A stretch of DNA of 38,498 nt from Psammoneis japonica (Eukaryota), in assembly GCA_008632985.1 (NCBI GenBank), contig QPGO01000366.1:1-38498 (forward strand), in the 5' to 3' direction. Of the stretch, positions 22,027 through 34,893 are shown in pieces. The notes under the pieces are model-generated. The model saw only the letters and a program-made list of their open reading frames with translations, had not been told where the DNA came from and made no database searches. The position numbers and the translations under genes were made by a program. The stretch's first letter is position 1. Each line of letters starts with the position of its first letter.

Positions 22027-22712
22027 AGATTGTCCGCAGCCATACGCCACTTATCGCTACCTGTCTCATTACATGCTGTCTCTGCGGTCAAGACGATTGA
22101 TCTCCCTCTGAAGAGTCGTGAGTGTTAATTGCCAAGGATTCCCGACTCTCGTCAATTACGATGCAGTAGGCAGGAGCAGTGACCAATAAGATCGCACTAC
22201 CAAAATTGCAAAAGGCGAGAACTGTTGGACAAAGTTGATGCTTGTTGGACAACACGCTAAATGAACAGACCCTACAGAATGAGTGTAAAGGTACGAGCTT
22301 TCATCATGTATTTGAAAAACGATTAGCTTCAAAGTCGCCATATGCCTAATTTCATAACACATTCACACAGATTATCCGCAGCCATACGCCACTAATCGCT
22401 ACCAGTCTCATTGCATGCTATCTCTGCGGTCAAGACGATTGATCTCGCTCTGAAGAGTCGTTAGTGTTAATTTGCAAAGGGTTCCCGACTCTCGTCAATT
22501 TCGATGCAGTAGGTGGGAGCAGCGACCAATAAGATCGAACCACATAAACTACAAAAGGCGAGAACTGTTGGACAAAGTTGATGCTTGTTGGACTACACGC
22601 TGAATAAACAAACCCTACAGAATGAGTATAAAGGTACGAGCTTTCATCATGTATTTGGAAAAACAGTTAGCTTCAAAACTCGCCATGTGCCTAACATCCT
22701 AACACATTCACA
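22027..22712. repeat. Tandem duplication, 2 x ~342 bp (22027-22368, 22369-22712)
   Basis: Direct alignment, e.g. caaaaggcgagaactgttggacaaagttgatgcttgttggac in both; roughly 85-90% identity by eye. Confidence 0.95.
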
Positions 22713-23315
22713 GAGTACTTGAAACCACAACAGAAAACTTCCCGACTAGTAGAGTTATTCAAAGTCATTAAGTACTTCACGCAAAACCAATGCTGAATCC
22801 GTCTACGGTGCAAGCACCACACTGTCCACGGCCAATGGTGCTTGTTCAGGCCCAAAAAGGAATCATCGAATCGGGCATTGAGTTTTCAATCCCCCACAAA
22901 GCTGAATCCATAATGTTGAATGTAAAGGTACGTGTTGTGCGTAATATGTGCCGAACTGCAGGCGCCACGAAGATTCTGCACTCGATAGACCCGAAACTTG
23001 CCGATCGACACGATCACAAAAGCAACTGCACCACGATGATTCATACACACGGATCCAGCATGTGGTCAGAAAACCCGCCGCCAGACTCAATTCTTCCCTT
23101 TGGAACTGGCAAAGCAAACAAAAGCAAGTGTGAGTGTTGCTGCCTACAGTCCTTTCCGAACCCAGTCTTCGTCCCGCCTCGCCATTTCCCCGATTCCTTT
23201 TCTCTCTTTTCTAAATACTCCACTCCCTTTCTCTAACTCCCGCTCCTGTCTTTCTATCTTCAATTACCACTTTTCTCTCTTCCCATGCATTTCTTCGTTC
23301 CCTCAAGCACTCGAA

Positions 23316-25249
23316 CTACCCCACGGTGCCATGTCGCCGGTTCAAGATTCTAGCGGACCTTCGAACAGTTCTCCCATCAGCAGAGAGGACATGCACGCTT
23401 CCCAAAGCTTCTCTAAGCCGAGCAGACCGCCTTGGAATGACGGAATCCGTAATGAGGGATGCAGGTGAAATAGCGTGCTGATCTTCTGCCTGTTCCGTCT
23501 CCACCATCAACCCGTCTCCACCAACGTGCTGGTCTGGAATGCGCTCATTGCCTTCGTCGGAAGGGATCTCTTGTGACGAAGGTGCCACCACTGCTGACGC
23601 CGTCTCGTGGATAGGATCGTCGCTGTCAAAAGCACGGTGATCCGTAGTGAGGGATTCCCGCACTTCGACATACCCTTCTTCTTCTCGATCTTCTCCCAAG
23701 GCTTCAGGCACGCCATTGTGTTGGTTTGGAACGGAAGCCTCATCGTCAGACGGAACCTCGCACGCCGAAGGCACCGCCATTGCTGATGCCATGTTGTGGA
23801 AGGGACCATCCTTGTCCGAAGCAGGTAAGCAAGACCCTTCCAATTGTTGTTCACCAATCAACACTTCATGCAAGTCATTGTGTTGATCTGGACCAAACGC
23901 ATCGAAATCGGAAGGGTCATCTTGCACCGCACTCGCCACTGCAGGAACCGTCACCTCTTGGACGTGATCATCATCTAAAAGAATCGCATCGAGAGGATTC
24001 TCTGCTGCAACAGACGCAATGGAAGATGTCTCGTGTTGAATTGATGTGTCAGGTGCAAGCTGTGATTGTAGAGAGTAAAGTAGAAGTAAAAATGGGTTTT
24101 GGTCAATTGTCAATGAAAAGGAGTGACAATGCAAATGATAAAATGACTTACTCTCTGACTTCTCTCCTCAGGACTAGCGCTGAGGCCAATGCCACCGCAT
24201 GCGTCATCTTGATCACGTGTGATTAGGCGCCGTTTCCGAGGACCCAACACTCTGTGCTGATGCTTCCTTTTTTCGCCGGAGAAGGCGTCGATGAAACGTT
24301 CATTCGAAGATCCTTGAACAGGTAACTTCTCCATGAGGTACAACAAATGATCAGGCTTTGAGTGCTCGTCCATGCGACATTTTCTTGGGGCGCGGATAGT
24401 CTTTTGGCGGAGGTCTCGACGCGTGCGAGGAAAGCAAGTGTGGTTCACACACGAGCAAGGCTTTGGGCGACCCCAGCCGAATGCCAGATGACTGTTTCCG
24501 TTGTCACAAGTCTCCTCGTGACTGGAACCAACAAGAACGACCTCATCATCTTGCTCACAGGAAGTCCGACGACGTTTGCGTGAACCAAGTTCCGCACTGC
24601 ATGTGTGCCGCAACATCCTCTTGTGACCAGAACTCGGATCGATGAACAGGCATTCGCTTGAAGACTGGCTGGCAATCTGTTGCACAACACTTGCAAAGTG
24701 ATCGTGCTGAGAGTGCTCATTGTAACATCGGAGTAGCGATGACGACTCGTCTGAACCCAAGTACATCGGTGACCAGTCTGAAAGCTCCGGCTGAACTTCC
24801 AGACGAGATGGTTTCGAAATGCCTTGTCGTGATTCATGCTCGGATGTTGTTGAGGATGCATCAATGCTTGTCAATTCGTCTGGCAAGTGCACATCGGAGG
24901 TGTCGTGTTTGCTTGGAATGACGCTCAACTGAACCGATGACTGCCATTGGAGACGTTTCGAAGGACGTCTGCTTGTCGAAAGCTTCATGTCGCGGGAAAC
25001 CTCGTCTTCGGTCAACAGCCTGCTGCGTTTGTCGCCGACGCTCATGCGAGCACGCCCCATGCTCTCCATTGGAACGGTGCGGGAAGAAAGGTTGCATCTC
25101 ATTGTTTGTTTGGACATTGTGGACGTGATTGAAAGCATCATGAGATTGTGTGGTTTTTGCGCAAAGAGATCTTGTTTGAAACCGGTGGGTTTGATTTCTT
25201 GCGACATCGGGTTCATCGTAGAAACATGCGGGAATGTCATACCCGACAA
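23316..25249 (-). CDS. Hypothetical two-exon low-complexity protein with internal repeats and C-terminal RRSAR motifs
   Basis: Exons 25249-24152 and 24059-23316; GTAAGT...CAG intron 24060-24151 joins in phase 0 (SQR|LAPD); start uncertain. Confidence 0.65.
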
Positions 25250-25360
25250 CTGTTGCCAAAATGTCTGATCACCAAAAACAACATTTAAGCAATGAAATGT
25301 GCCGTTGTTCGTGACTGAAGGAGATGTTTTGAAACAACCCGAAGCGCGCGGGCGATGGGC

Positions 25361-25368
25361 GCGCGAAA
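25361..25368 (-). promoter_or_regulatory. E2F-like site TTTCGCGC (second copy 25495-25502)
   Basis: Matches TTTSSCGC about 110 and 250 bp upstream of the 25249 ORF start. Confidence 0.3.
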
Positions 25369-25649
25369 ATTTATTTCGATTGATTTATTTCTCTCAACCA
25401 AGAACCGCTCATACGATCAGCATTCTCTTCAACGACAATGCAAGCTGTGTTCGTGGTGACTGAGGGATGCACATGTAAGAATTTTTTCTGAACTGCGCGA
25501 AAATAAAGAGGGTGGCTGAGTGGGCCACCAGAGTTGAACATTGCCGACGACAGAACTTGGCCATTCTACAATCTGGCAATCTGATGGTGGCAAGGATGAT
25601 TCAACATTCATGGCAATGGAATCCATCACGCAATGGGCTGTCATACATG

Positions 25650-28600
25650 GACTGTCCAACTTGATTCACCGTTCAGGAAACTTGTGATGCTTGTCCAACA
25701 TCACCACTCGTGGACGCTCGTGCGGGCTTGAAGCACTTTGGCAAAAGCGGCTCTTGAACAGTTCATCTGTGAATGCAAGGTGCTGGCATCAAGAGCATGA
25801 AGTGGCTGAGCTTCAACTGCTTTCTTGTCCCTCGAGATTGACACATGAGGTCGTCCCGAGACATCTCTTGACAGACTGTGTGCATGCTCCTCTCTTGGAA
25901 GACATTTTTGATGCCAACACAAAACAACTGCGAGTGCGCGCGTGGCTGGCATTCCATGCCAGGTGGGCGATTGCAACTGCAAATGATTCAAGAACACTGG
26001 CCACAAGCATCCAATGACGTGGCAGCTGCCACAGAAGTGCCTCCTGCACACTGGTGTCTTTATTGCGCCAGCAGTTTTTCACATCACTGGACCCCGCAGA
26101 AAAAAATCTTAACAATTGTCCATTTGGCAGGTTGACCGCCATTCCAAACTTGAGGAATTTGCACAACATGATCTAGAACGTGAGCTTGTTGACAAAATGA
26201 CATCACATGGGGGGCTGGGTTCAGGATTGCACTCAGTGACAGACCAGCAAATGGGCTCTGCAGCCCCAGACACATGCGCATGCCTTGTTGATGAGGAGTC
26301 TTGCCCTTGAGCAAAGCAGTGTTGGGACTGATCAATTGAAGAGTCTGTTTGACTGGATGATCTTGTTGTGGGTCTGGTCACTCAGGTGCATGATGATGTC
26401 CATTGCTCTTCCAGCAATGGCAGCATCCTGCACTGCATGCTTGCTGCACTCACTCTTGACAGCATCTGCTTGGTTTGCAAACATGTGCATGCAGAGTCCT
26501 TGTGCATCACAGGGACAGCATGTGCACTGTGGATTGGCTTCTTGTTTGATGCCAGACACACTGTGGAGCAGCTGTTGAGTCACTGTGAGGTCTTCAGCCT
26601 TTGAATCTTGAGGGTCATTGACCCAAGTGCAGTTGGCAGCATTCATCTAGATCAAGCAAGTGGCCTTCAATGGAGTTTTCTGGGGGGTCACAGGAGCTGT
26701 CCAGTGGGAATTGGACCCCTCCTGCCTTGATCATCCTGAGTCTTGTGTCTTGTCCATGGCACCATCTGCCACACTGGGTGCTGGTTGATCAGCGTGGGCA
26801 TTTGGGTTGCCTCAGAGGGTGTCTTCCTTGGATCTGATCCTGTGTCCATCCCCACCATGACCACTGCATCCTCAACCACTGCCCCTGTGTCCACTGCCAC
26901 ATCCAGCCCTGTTGCCATCTGTGGTGAAGGTCAATTCTTGCTGATTGACATGGGGCACTGGCACCAGCTGATGTGGGGCTTTGTTGAAACTTGCTTGGAA
27001 GTCACAGGCCACATCAAAAGCTGCAGGACATTTGTCAGCACCACTGGCATTCTTGTTCTTAATGCCGCATGCTGGGTTGCCATGCTGCACTTGTTCTTGC
27101 TGTTGATTGAGAACCTGTTGCAGGCTTGGTCCTGCTCAACATTTGTGGGCATGTCAGCATCTGCTGCCACATCTGCCAGAGATGGTGCCAATGGTGACTC
27201 ACAGTTCCTGATGCCCAGCCTTGCCACCAAGAATCTCTGAGTCTTCAAACTTTTCAAAAACATTTGCTGGTTGACACGGGTCTGCCCAGTTTGAATCACA
27301 GTGTGGCAGTCTCTGTCTCAATGATGGTGCACTCTGGGCAATGCTTTGTCTGGCATTGTGCCATGCAATGAGTTTAAATGAGGCACGTGGGAGTGCTGTC
27401 AAATCTGAGTTTTTTGTTTTAACAGTGGCCCAGTCTGGACATGATTTTGCCCTGTTTCACAGGTCTTGTGAGCACTGCCCAAGAGTCAAGGCAAATTAAT
27501 TGGAAAAGTTGGTGTGGTGCATCTTGATGCTGTCATCATGGTGGACTCCATGGTGGANNNNNNNNNNNNNNNNNNNNNNNNNNNNNNNNNNNNNNNNNNN
27601 NNNNNNNNNNNNNNNNNNNNNNNNNNNNNNNNNNNNNNNNNNNNNNNNNNNNNNNNNNNNNNNNNNNNNNNNNNNNNNNNNNNNNNNNNNNNNNNNNNNN
27701 NNNNNNNNNNNNNNNNNNNNNNNNNNNNNNNNNNNNNNNNNNNNNNNNNNNNNNNNNNNNNNNNNNNNNNNNNNNNNNNNNNNNNNNNNNNNNNNNNNNN
27801 NNNNNNNNNNNNNNNNNNNNNNNNNNNNNNNNNNNNNNNNNNNNNNNNNNNNNNNNNNNNNNNNNNNNNNNNNNNNNNNNNNNNGTCATGGGAGCTTGTT
27901 GTTGAAGGGAGGTGACATTGTCATCAAGCATGTGCACACTCTCTGGGCAGCTGTCCAATGCAGAAGCTGCAAACAATTTGGGTGCATGTTTGGAGCTCTC
28001 AGTCTGCTTGTCCATGGAAGAGTGGGAGCAGGACACCAAATGCAATGGTGAAGGAAAGAGGTGACTGCTGCGGTGTGCAATGGGTCAACAGATTGATGCA
28101 TGGTTTTGGCAAGCATTTGTGGCAGAATGGCAACAGGAGGTTGAGTGGCTGGGAAGCAGTTGCTGTGTCCAGCAGGCCACAAGTGGAACAAACATGGGGA
28201 CTCACTCCTGTGGCACACAGCACAGATTCATTTCTTGAAACAACTCTCACAACACCTTTTGCAATGCTGCTTGGGCAAATTGCTGTCACCCCCTCAAATT
28301 GGATCATAACCAGGTCTTGGCATGTGAAGTGCTCATTGGCCTGAATTCACTCTCCATCATGACAAGATGGCGCAAAGCCACACAAAAATCACTGCGCCGA
28401 AAGTTCCCGCCTGTCAAGCACAGCCCCTGACAAAAAAACTGTTGGGCATGGGTCACAACATTTTGATAAAGTGAGTGTTGTTTCTCCAGCAGACATGAAG
28501 GGACAGGTGATTTGTGATCTTCAGTGGGCTCCAAGATGTGTGCCGCCATCCTGCTGCTGCTGCTTGACCCGCCCTGCTCTTCCGTGTCACACAAAGGCCT

Positions 28601-28850
28601 TTTGCCTGATGCTGTCTGCTCCAGTGCTCAGTCATTGTCAGTCAGATTTGTGGTCCTTCAATCAACTGCTGTGCTGACTGATCTGACATGAGACATGTAA
28701 AATGAGTCGTTTCTCTTGTGGAGATGTCAGAGTGGCAAGAGCACGTCTGGTGCCTGCCTCACCAGACCTGCCCTTGAAGCAAAAGTCTGCACTCGAGGAG
28801 CATGCACAAACACCAACAAATCTTTCGATTGCTTTTAGGTTTCCACAAGA
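25650..28850. mobile_element. Second decayed repeat block, TpA- and CpG-depleted, family unidentified
   Basis: Same CA/TG-rich composition as 7.1-15.5 kb; eroded RGG-like stretch at ~26840-26920 (minus); contains an assembly gap. Confidence 0.6.
27558..27884. other. Assembly gap (N run)
   Basis: 327 N. Confidence 1.
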
Positions 28851-29068
28851 GAATGAGTAGATGTGACTCCTCACTCTCTTGCGTCTATTTTGCATCTACT
28901 AGAACTTTGTGTCAAACTGCTGGCGGAGGCCACACCGTTCTGTGCGGGTCCTGAAAATGCAAACCTGCATTATGTGAAGTGCTGTCTCACGACATTTGCA
29001 TAAATCCGGGTTCCAACATCTTTTCCCATCTTACATAGAGTTTGTTGCATCAGACCAACTGACCGGCC

Positions 29069-30247
29069 ATGGCGTCAAGCGAGCATCCACCACACGCAAA
29101 CGTGTCTTTCAACATCCTGGGTGACGCATTTGTCGATATTTTTTGTTTTCTAGAACGTGATTTTCCGGAGCGAGGAGGCGATGCTCTTTTGGAAAAGCCA
29201 GTCGGTCTGATGGCTGGTGGATCTGCTGTCAACACTTCAACCCACTTGGCGAGTCTCGTCACCAACACAAGCGAGAAAAGAACGAAGTCACAGGAAGCTG
29301 TATTTTCCGTCAATCTACAGACGGTAGTAAATCCAAGTGATGATTATGGACGCCTGATAATGAATCATGCTAAAACACACGACTTTCACATGACGAATTG
29401 CTTTACTCCTGGTTCGAATGCTTCAACCGGACACTGCATTGTCATCGTGAGTGGCGGAGAGCGAACGTTTATGACTCATCGAGGTTGTGTGGAGGTATTC
29501 AGAGCATCTCAAATAGATGTGCAAGAACTAGTCGGACCTGTAGTAACGAATCCTGAACAAGAGTGTCACATTCACATTGCTGGCTACTACAACATCCCGT
29601 GTTTCTGGGGGGCTCTAAAAGCGACACTTGAGGAGGTTGTTAGAAAACGAGAAACTTGTGGATTAAAAACCGCAATTTCTTTGGTCCCCCAGTTCGACGC
29701 TACTGGAAAATGGGATGGCAAGATACTGGAACTCTTTCCGCTATTAGATTTCTTAATTCTCAGTGAAACGGAAGTCAGTCAAATTGTGAGATGCAACCGA
29801 CAAGCTACTGACAGCAACTCTGCTCATAGCATTTTGGATTGGACCGACTTCTTTGACTCTAAAGGTCCTAATGTGTGTGTTATTGTCACATTAGGGGCAA
29901 GAGGAGCTGTAGCATTTCGTGGCAAGACGATTCTGCAGAGGCAGGATGCACCCTTCGTTGATAACCCTATCGATCCAACAGGAGCTGGCGATGCTTTTGC
30001 TGCTGGATTCCTTTATGGTATTTGGAGCTGGAGGTCCAAAAATGACATTAGACACGAGCTGATGTGGCCTGATGATGCGATTCGGGAAGGACTGGTTTTC
30101 GGATGCGGCGTAGGAGCTTCCAGCGTTATGACAAGAGGAGCTAGCGTACCATCAGCTCCAGCCTTGTCAAGACTTACGTGGACGAAGCAAACAAACTATA
30201 GATCATTTATAGGATCACAGAAGAAGAGATCGGTAACAAAAATCTAG
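29069..30247 (+). CDS. PfkB/ribokinase-family carbohydrate kinase
   Basis: GDAFVD, AGGSAVNTS, VTLGARGA, DPTGAGDAFAAGFL (PfkB signature 2); last ~25 aa may be frameshifted. Confidence 0.92.
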   Translation: MASSEHPPHANVSFNILGDAFVDIFCFLERDFPERGGDALLEKPVGLMAGGSAVNTSTHLASLVTNTSEKRTKSQEAVFSVNLQTVVNPSDDYGRLIMNHAKTHDFHMTNCFTPGSNASTGHCIVIVSGGERTFMTHRGCVEVFRASQIDVQELVGPVVTNPEQECHIHIAGYYNIPCFWGALKATLEEVVRKRETCGLKTAISLVPQFDATGKWDGKILELFPLLDFLILSETEVSQIVRCNRQATDSNSAHSILDWTDFFDSKGPNVCVIVTLGARGAVAFRGKTILQRQDAPFVDNPIDPTGAGDAFAAGFLYGIWSWRSKNDIRHELMWPDDAIREGLVFGCGVGASSVMTRGASVPSAPALSRLTWTKQTNYRSFIGSQKKRSVTKI

Positions 30248-30288
30248 ATTTTCTATTTTGTAAGAGCTAACACACAGTACACTGTCAA

Positions 30289-33200
30289 TTAGTCGTTTCC
30301 GTCCGTGCCTCTCGATAGAAAATCATCGTGCGATGGGAAGTCATCTAAAAGGAAATTGGTCGAAGTTATGGACGGGTCTGGTTCAACATCATCAAAGAGT
30401 TCACTACTACTGTTGTAGTCGTCTGGAATCATGCAATCGACGGTGCTATCGTCATTGTCGCGCTCTTGGAAATATTCAAAGGTTGGTGGCAACGGACGAG
30501 ACCCTTTCGAATTCGTTCCCTGCTTAGAAGGACGTTGAGCTGCTGCTTGGCTGGTCTCCTTCGTCTTCGTGAAGTATTCAGCGGCAACGTCATTTATCTT
30601 CGTCACCTTCTTATCTTCGGCGGTTCGGGAGACCAACTCTGACGATTGATGCTTCCTGTAACTTGGTTGTTCCGACTGGGTAACCGTAGACTCAAATATT
30701 TTATTATCGGTCTTCGACGTTTCACCACTTTTGCCATTGTTTTCGGTTTCCAAATCTGACTCCAACGACGATTTTATTGGCGAATGATTATCCTGCCAGA
30801 CTCCAGAATCGTCCATTTGAGCGATGAGAGCTCCATTGCTCTTTCGCGAGACTGGCGCATGATGGCGTCCCCATCAGTTTCATAGCGCTCACCATACTCT
30901 TCGCGAAGGCGGATGTCAAACTGGTCTATAGTTTCTTCGTCCATGTCAATATATTCCCCACCGTAGGACCCGTCAGCGGGCAAGCGATAATCAGTTCTCC
31001 CAAAGTTTCCTGAATACGATGAAATACCTCCTTCAGTGTCTGGAGTCCAAGTAAAGCTGTCTTGACTCCATTCTTCCCAATCTTCTTCCAGCGATTGCAG
31101 CTCGTTTCGAAGTCTTCTTCTTGATGAATGAAAATCCTCATCGCTTGATTTAACCAATAAGGAGATTCTGGCTGGCTATCAGAGCCATCATATCTGTCAT
31201 TAGCCTTTCTATGTAACGCCGGGGCATCATGCCGATACGAATTACCCGAAAGCTCCGCCATATGCTCATCCAGCATATTGGAAAGTTGCTCCTGTTGCAA
31301 CAATCGGCTTCCTTTGGAACTGGAATAATCCAACAAACGAGAACGAATCCTTTGGGTAGATAAATCAAGATCACGCATAGCTCGAGAACAGTCTTTGATC
31401 CTAAACATGAGTTTCTGACAGTATTCTTCTAACTCATCGAGAGCAATTCTTCGAACTTCTCAATGCCTTCGTGCATTTTCCGTTCATGACTCGGAGAGAA
31501 AATGGTGCCATCGGCGTGGATCTCTTCTGTGCTGCTATCAAGACGTGAATACAGAGCCTGAGATGCAGCAAGCCACTCCTCCTTCGCGTTGTCGAGCCTA
31601 GTTGTAACAGATACCTGCATTAGAGTTGAGAGTGACTCTTGAACAACAAGCTCGGCTCGCCTCTCTCTGCTGATAGTTTCGTCGTAAGTGTCTACAAAAA
31701 TATTCCTCTTCACGTTCAAAGAGACCGTCGAGTGAGCCTCTGCCGGAAACAGTAGGAGCTTCTATTTCGCCTCTCGAGACTGTGGTGTCGGTGTCAACTA
31801 CAGTGCCGTCCGTTTTGGCAAAACTATTGAGTATCCCCAACTCTTTCGCTTCCATATCCACAACCTCCGGTGGGTCTTCGTTATCTCGAATTCGATCATT
31901 GTCGGATGAGATTTTGCCTTGGTCTGCAACGGAAGCTTTCTCCAAGGCTGCTGGTATTGTCAAGCCAAAGGCCCCAGCGTTTACATCAGGTCTGTTTGAA
32001 AGAGTACCCCAGAGTTGAGACAGATCGCCAGAATCGAGCAGCTCAGGAGGAATTGGATCAGCAGGGTCCACCAAAAGCTGGTAGAGCCATTCTTTCTCTG
32101 GGCTGCTCCACTCGATGCGGGTAGATGTTCCGGTGGCGTCACTTGATACAATCGAAGATTTCATTGCATTTCTAGCAGGCGCATAGTCTATCATGGTGCG
32201 AAGCAGCCGATTTTCGGCTGACACCAGCATTTTCTCCGGCTCATGTCTGACGAGCGTTGAAACACCGTGTTGGAGAAGAGCGCCATTGTTGCTAGTCTTT
32301 TCGTCAACGTACCCAGCCATTATTGCTTCCCGCGTCAAGAATTGCTGGCCGTGGTACTCGTTTGAATTAAAATACACAATGTCATCACGAAGGAATCCAG
32401 GAACATGATCGTATCCTTTTCGAGCTGCATCACGCTTTGCCCACGCTTCCGTCACTTCCATACCGCAAAGGGTCAGAAAGTTTCTTCTTGATAGCTGGGA
32501 GAAGGGCGAAGATAAAAGCATGACGATGGACGTTGGGGATTTCGGATTTGAATACAGAAGGACACACGTGCTATGGCACACAATGGTGGCTCACCTTGTT
32601 TCGTGGTGCCCCCAGCCAGGCTGCATCATTTTGGTTGGCAAAATTAAACCCGGCAAAATGCGTGTCAACGGGGGGCGTGCGCGGTTTCTTGGTCGCATCT
32701 TACGACGCTGTGGGTTGGGAGATTGATTGATATCAAAAGTCGGCGGCACTCTAGCCTGTTCACGACTCGCGCTTGTCTGCAACGGACTCTTGGAATCATT
32801 TGAGTCCTTGTCAATCTTTACTAATCCTTCACCGCTGGACATTTTCATTTGCATAGATCTAACAACGTCAGGTTCAACGCCGTCGACTTGCTCAATCCGT
32901 CGCGTCACTGAATCTTTGGCAGGCTTTTCTTGATGTCATTGCCACCAGGTCGGATTCCAGCTGGATGCGCAAAGCACTATTGGATTCCCCGTCATCGCCT
33001 CCAGATACGACTTTTGAGAGAATCCCGGCCACCTCATACGAACGCTTGGTGCGTTCCCCCGGATTCTTAAAATTAGCAAAAAGTCAGAAACGCGTTCGCA
33101 GACACCCGCAAAGGTTGCCGGACTGCCTCGCAGCGCCTTTGGGTCATACCGTGACATGAGCTGTTCCAGATACCATACAGTCCAATCTTTGGCGGTGTCT

Positions 33201-34893
33201 ATTATTTGCGTTTTAAAGTCCTCACCGGCTTTCTGGGCTCCACCACGTGCTTCAATGAATTCCGCAGGGTCCTTGATCCCACCAGGCAATGTGGCTATGG
33301 CAATTTCAACCGCATACCTGTCGCAGGTCTTTGACAAGATGTTTCCACTGCATAGACGTTCCATCGCGTTGATTCCGGCTTGATCCGCGTCAAGGCATAG
33401 CACGATTCGGCCTGTTTAGAAGTGACAAGGGGTGAGTCAGCTGCATCCGTACGAATCATCACACAATGATACTTCATTTTTCTAAAGCGCTTACCACCGT
33501 GTGATCCAACCGTTCTCGCAGCGTTTCCAATTTGTTGCTCCGATACAGCGGTTCCCATGCTAGCGACAACTTGTTGAATCCCAACTTCCGACAGGGAAAT
33601 CGCATCCATGTAACCCTCCACCAGAACGATGAAATTCGATTGCTCCTTCTTGCTTGTGGCGGCGGCTTTTGCATATTGGAGAGCAGCTTGCGCAACGTGC
33701 TGCCCAAACAGCAAATGACTCTTTTGAAATACCAACGACTCGGGGCTATTTAAATACTTTGGAGCCTTGAAGTTGGTTGTTTTGTTGCTTGAAGGTTCGT
33801 CTGACAGAACGCGTCCCCCAAAACCAAGCACCTTGTTTCCTCGTGCATCAAAAATAGGGACTACAAGGCGATTACGGAAGCGATCCATTAAATTTGAGTA
33901 ATCATGGCTCGCACTTGCATTTCCATCTTTCTGCAGCAAAGAGTCAGAGCCTGTTCTATTCTGATGCTTGCCCCATTCCGATTTCTTGTACGAATTGCTA
34001 ATCCAGCGTCAACAATTTCATCCGGTGCAAAGCCTAACTCACAAAGTCGATTCACGAGGCTCCCGTCGCCCCATTTTTTACCTGCCAATGATGACGAATA
34101 AAAAGCATCTGGCGCAAAGCCCATGGCATACGTTCGGACCGTGGCAGGTGACAGACCACGTGACTGAAGATAGAATCGTGCCACACCCGCTGATGGTAAC
34201 GTCATGAGACAATTCGCGTAAAAGTCTGCAGCTGCCGCATTGCGAGCACAATCGTTCCTTCTTGGCCCGCATTGCTTGGCGCTCTTCATCACTCATTCTA
34301 TCATTCGTACTGCTGCTTTGTAGTTCAAAAGAACCATCCCCATATTCTTTCGCCACGTGCGCAATTGCTTGGCCATACGTCATTGGTTCTCCCTGCACGT
34401 CGCTGATTTGCCGTACAAACTGAAATACATCTCCGCCCGCACCGCAGGCAAAGCACTTGTATATGCGTTTCGTTGAATCCACATTAAGAGATGGATTATG
34501 ATCGTCGTGAAACGGACAACGAGCGACAGCACTCGTTTCACTCCTTCGTCGAAATTCTGGCAGACCGTAGCTTTCAACAACTCTCACGATATCAACAGTT
34601 TCCTTGAGCCTCTCCACTTCTTCTGGGGGCATCCAGTAACTCTTCTGGTTGTCGGGTTGCTCAATATTTATTCTAGATTTTGATACAAAAACTGATACAG
34701 AGCCTCGTGGCTTGTGCATGCCTCGACGAGAGCCGATGAACTTCGACAGCGGTGCAAAGGAGCAGCCTACTGTCAGACTGTAGGCAAACGTAAAAAGTCC
34801 AACATATTTTAGAATCCGAAACGTCTCTCTCTTACGACGCCTTCTTCGACGTCGCTTATAATCATTGGCAGTCGATTCAATCATACAAGGCAT
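30289..34893 (-). CDS. dnaG: Bacterial-type DNA primase (DnaG), probably plastid-targeted, with long C-terminal extension
   Basis: CHC2 finger CPFHDDHNPS...YKCFACGAGGDVF; YLQSRGL; DRFRNRLVVPI; GFGGR; KYLNSPES; TOPRIM VEGYMD...LDADQAG; KDPAEF; introns 33412-33494 and ~32495-32594; N-terminal ...LTVGCS|FAP; several apparent indel errors. Confidence 0.9.

Noticed and set aside
22027..22712. 342-bp repeat pair as LTRs or a CRISPR-like array
   Set aside because: Copies are directly adjacent, with no TG...CA ends, TSD or spacers.
30289..34893. dnaG, cpn60 and RluA as bacterial contamination
   Set aside because: dnaG and cpn60 have spliceosomal introns, dnaG has a eukaryotic targeting peptide, and all sit among eukaryotic genes.
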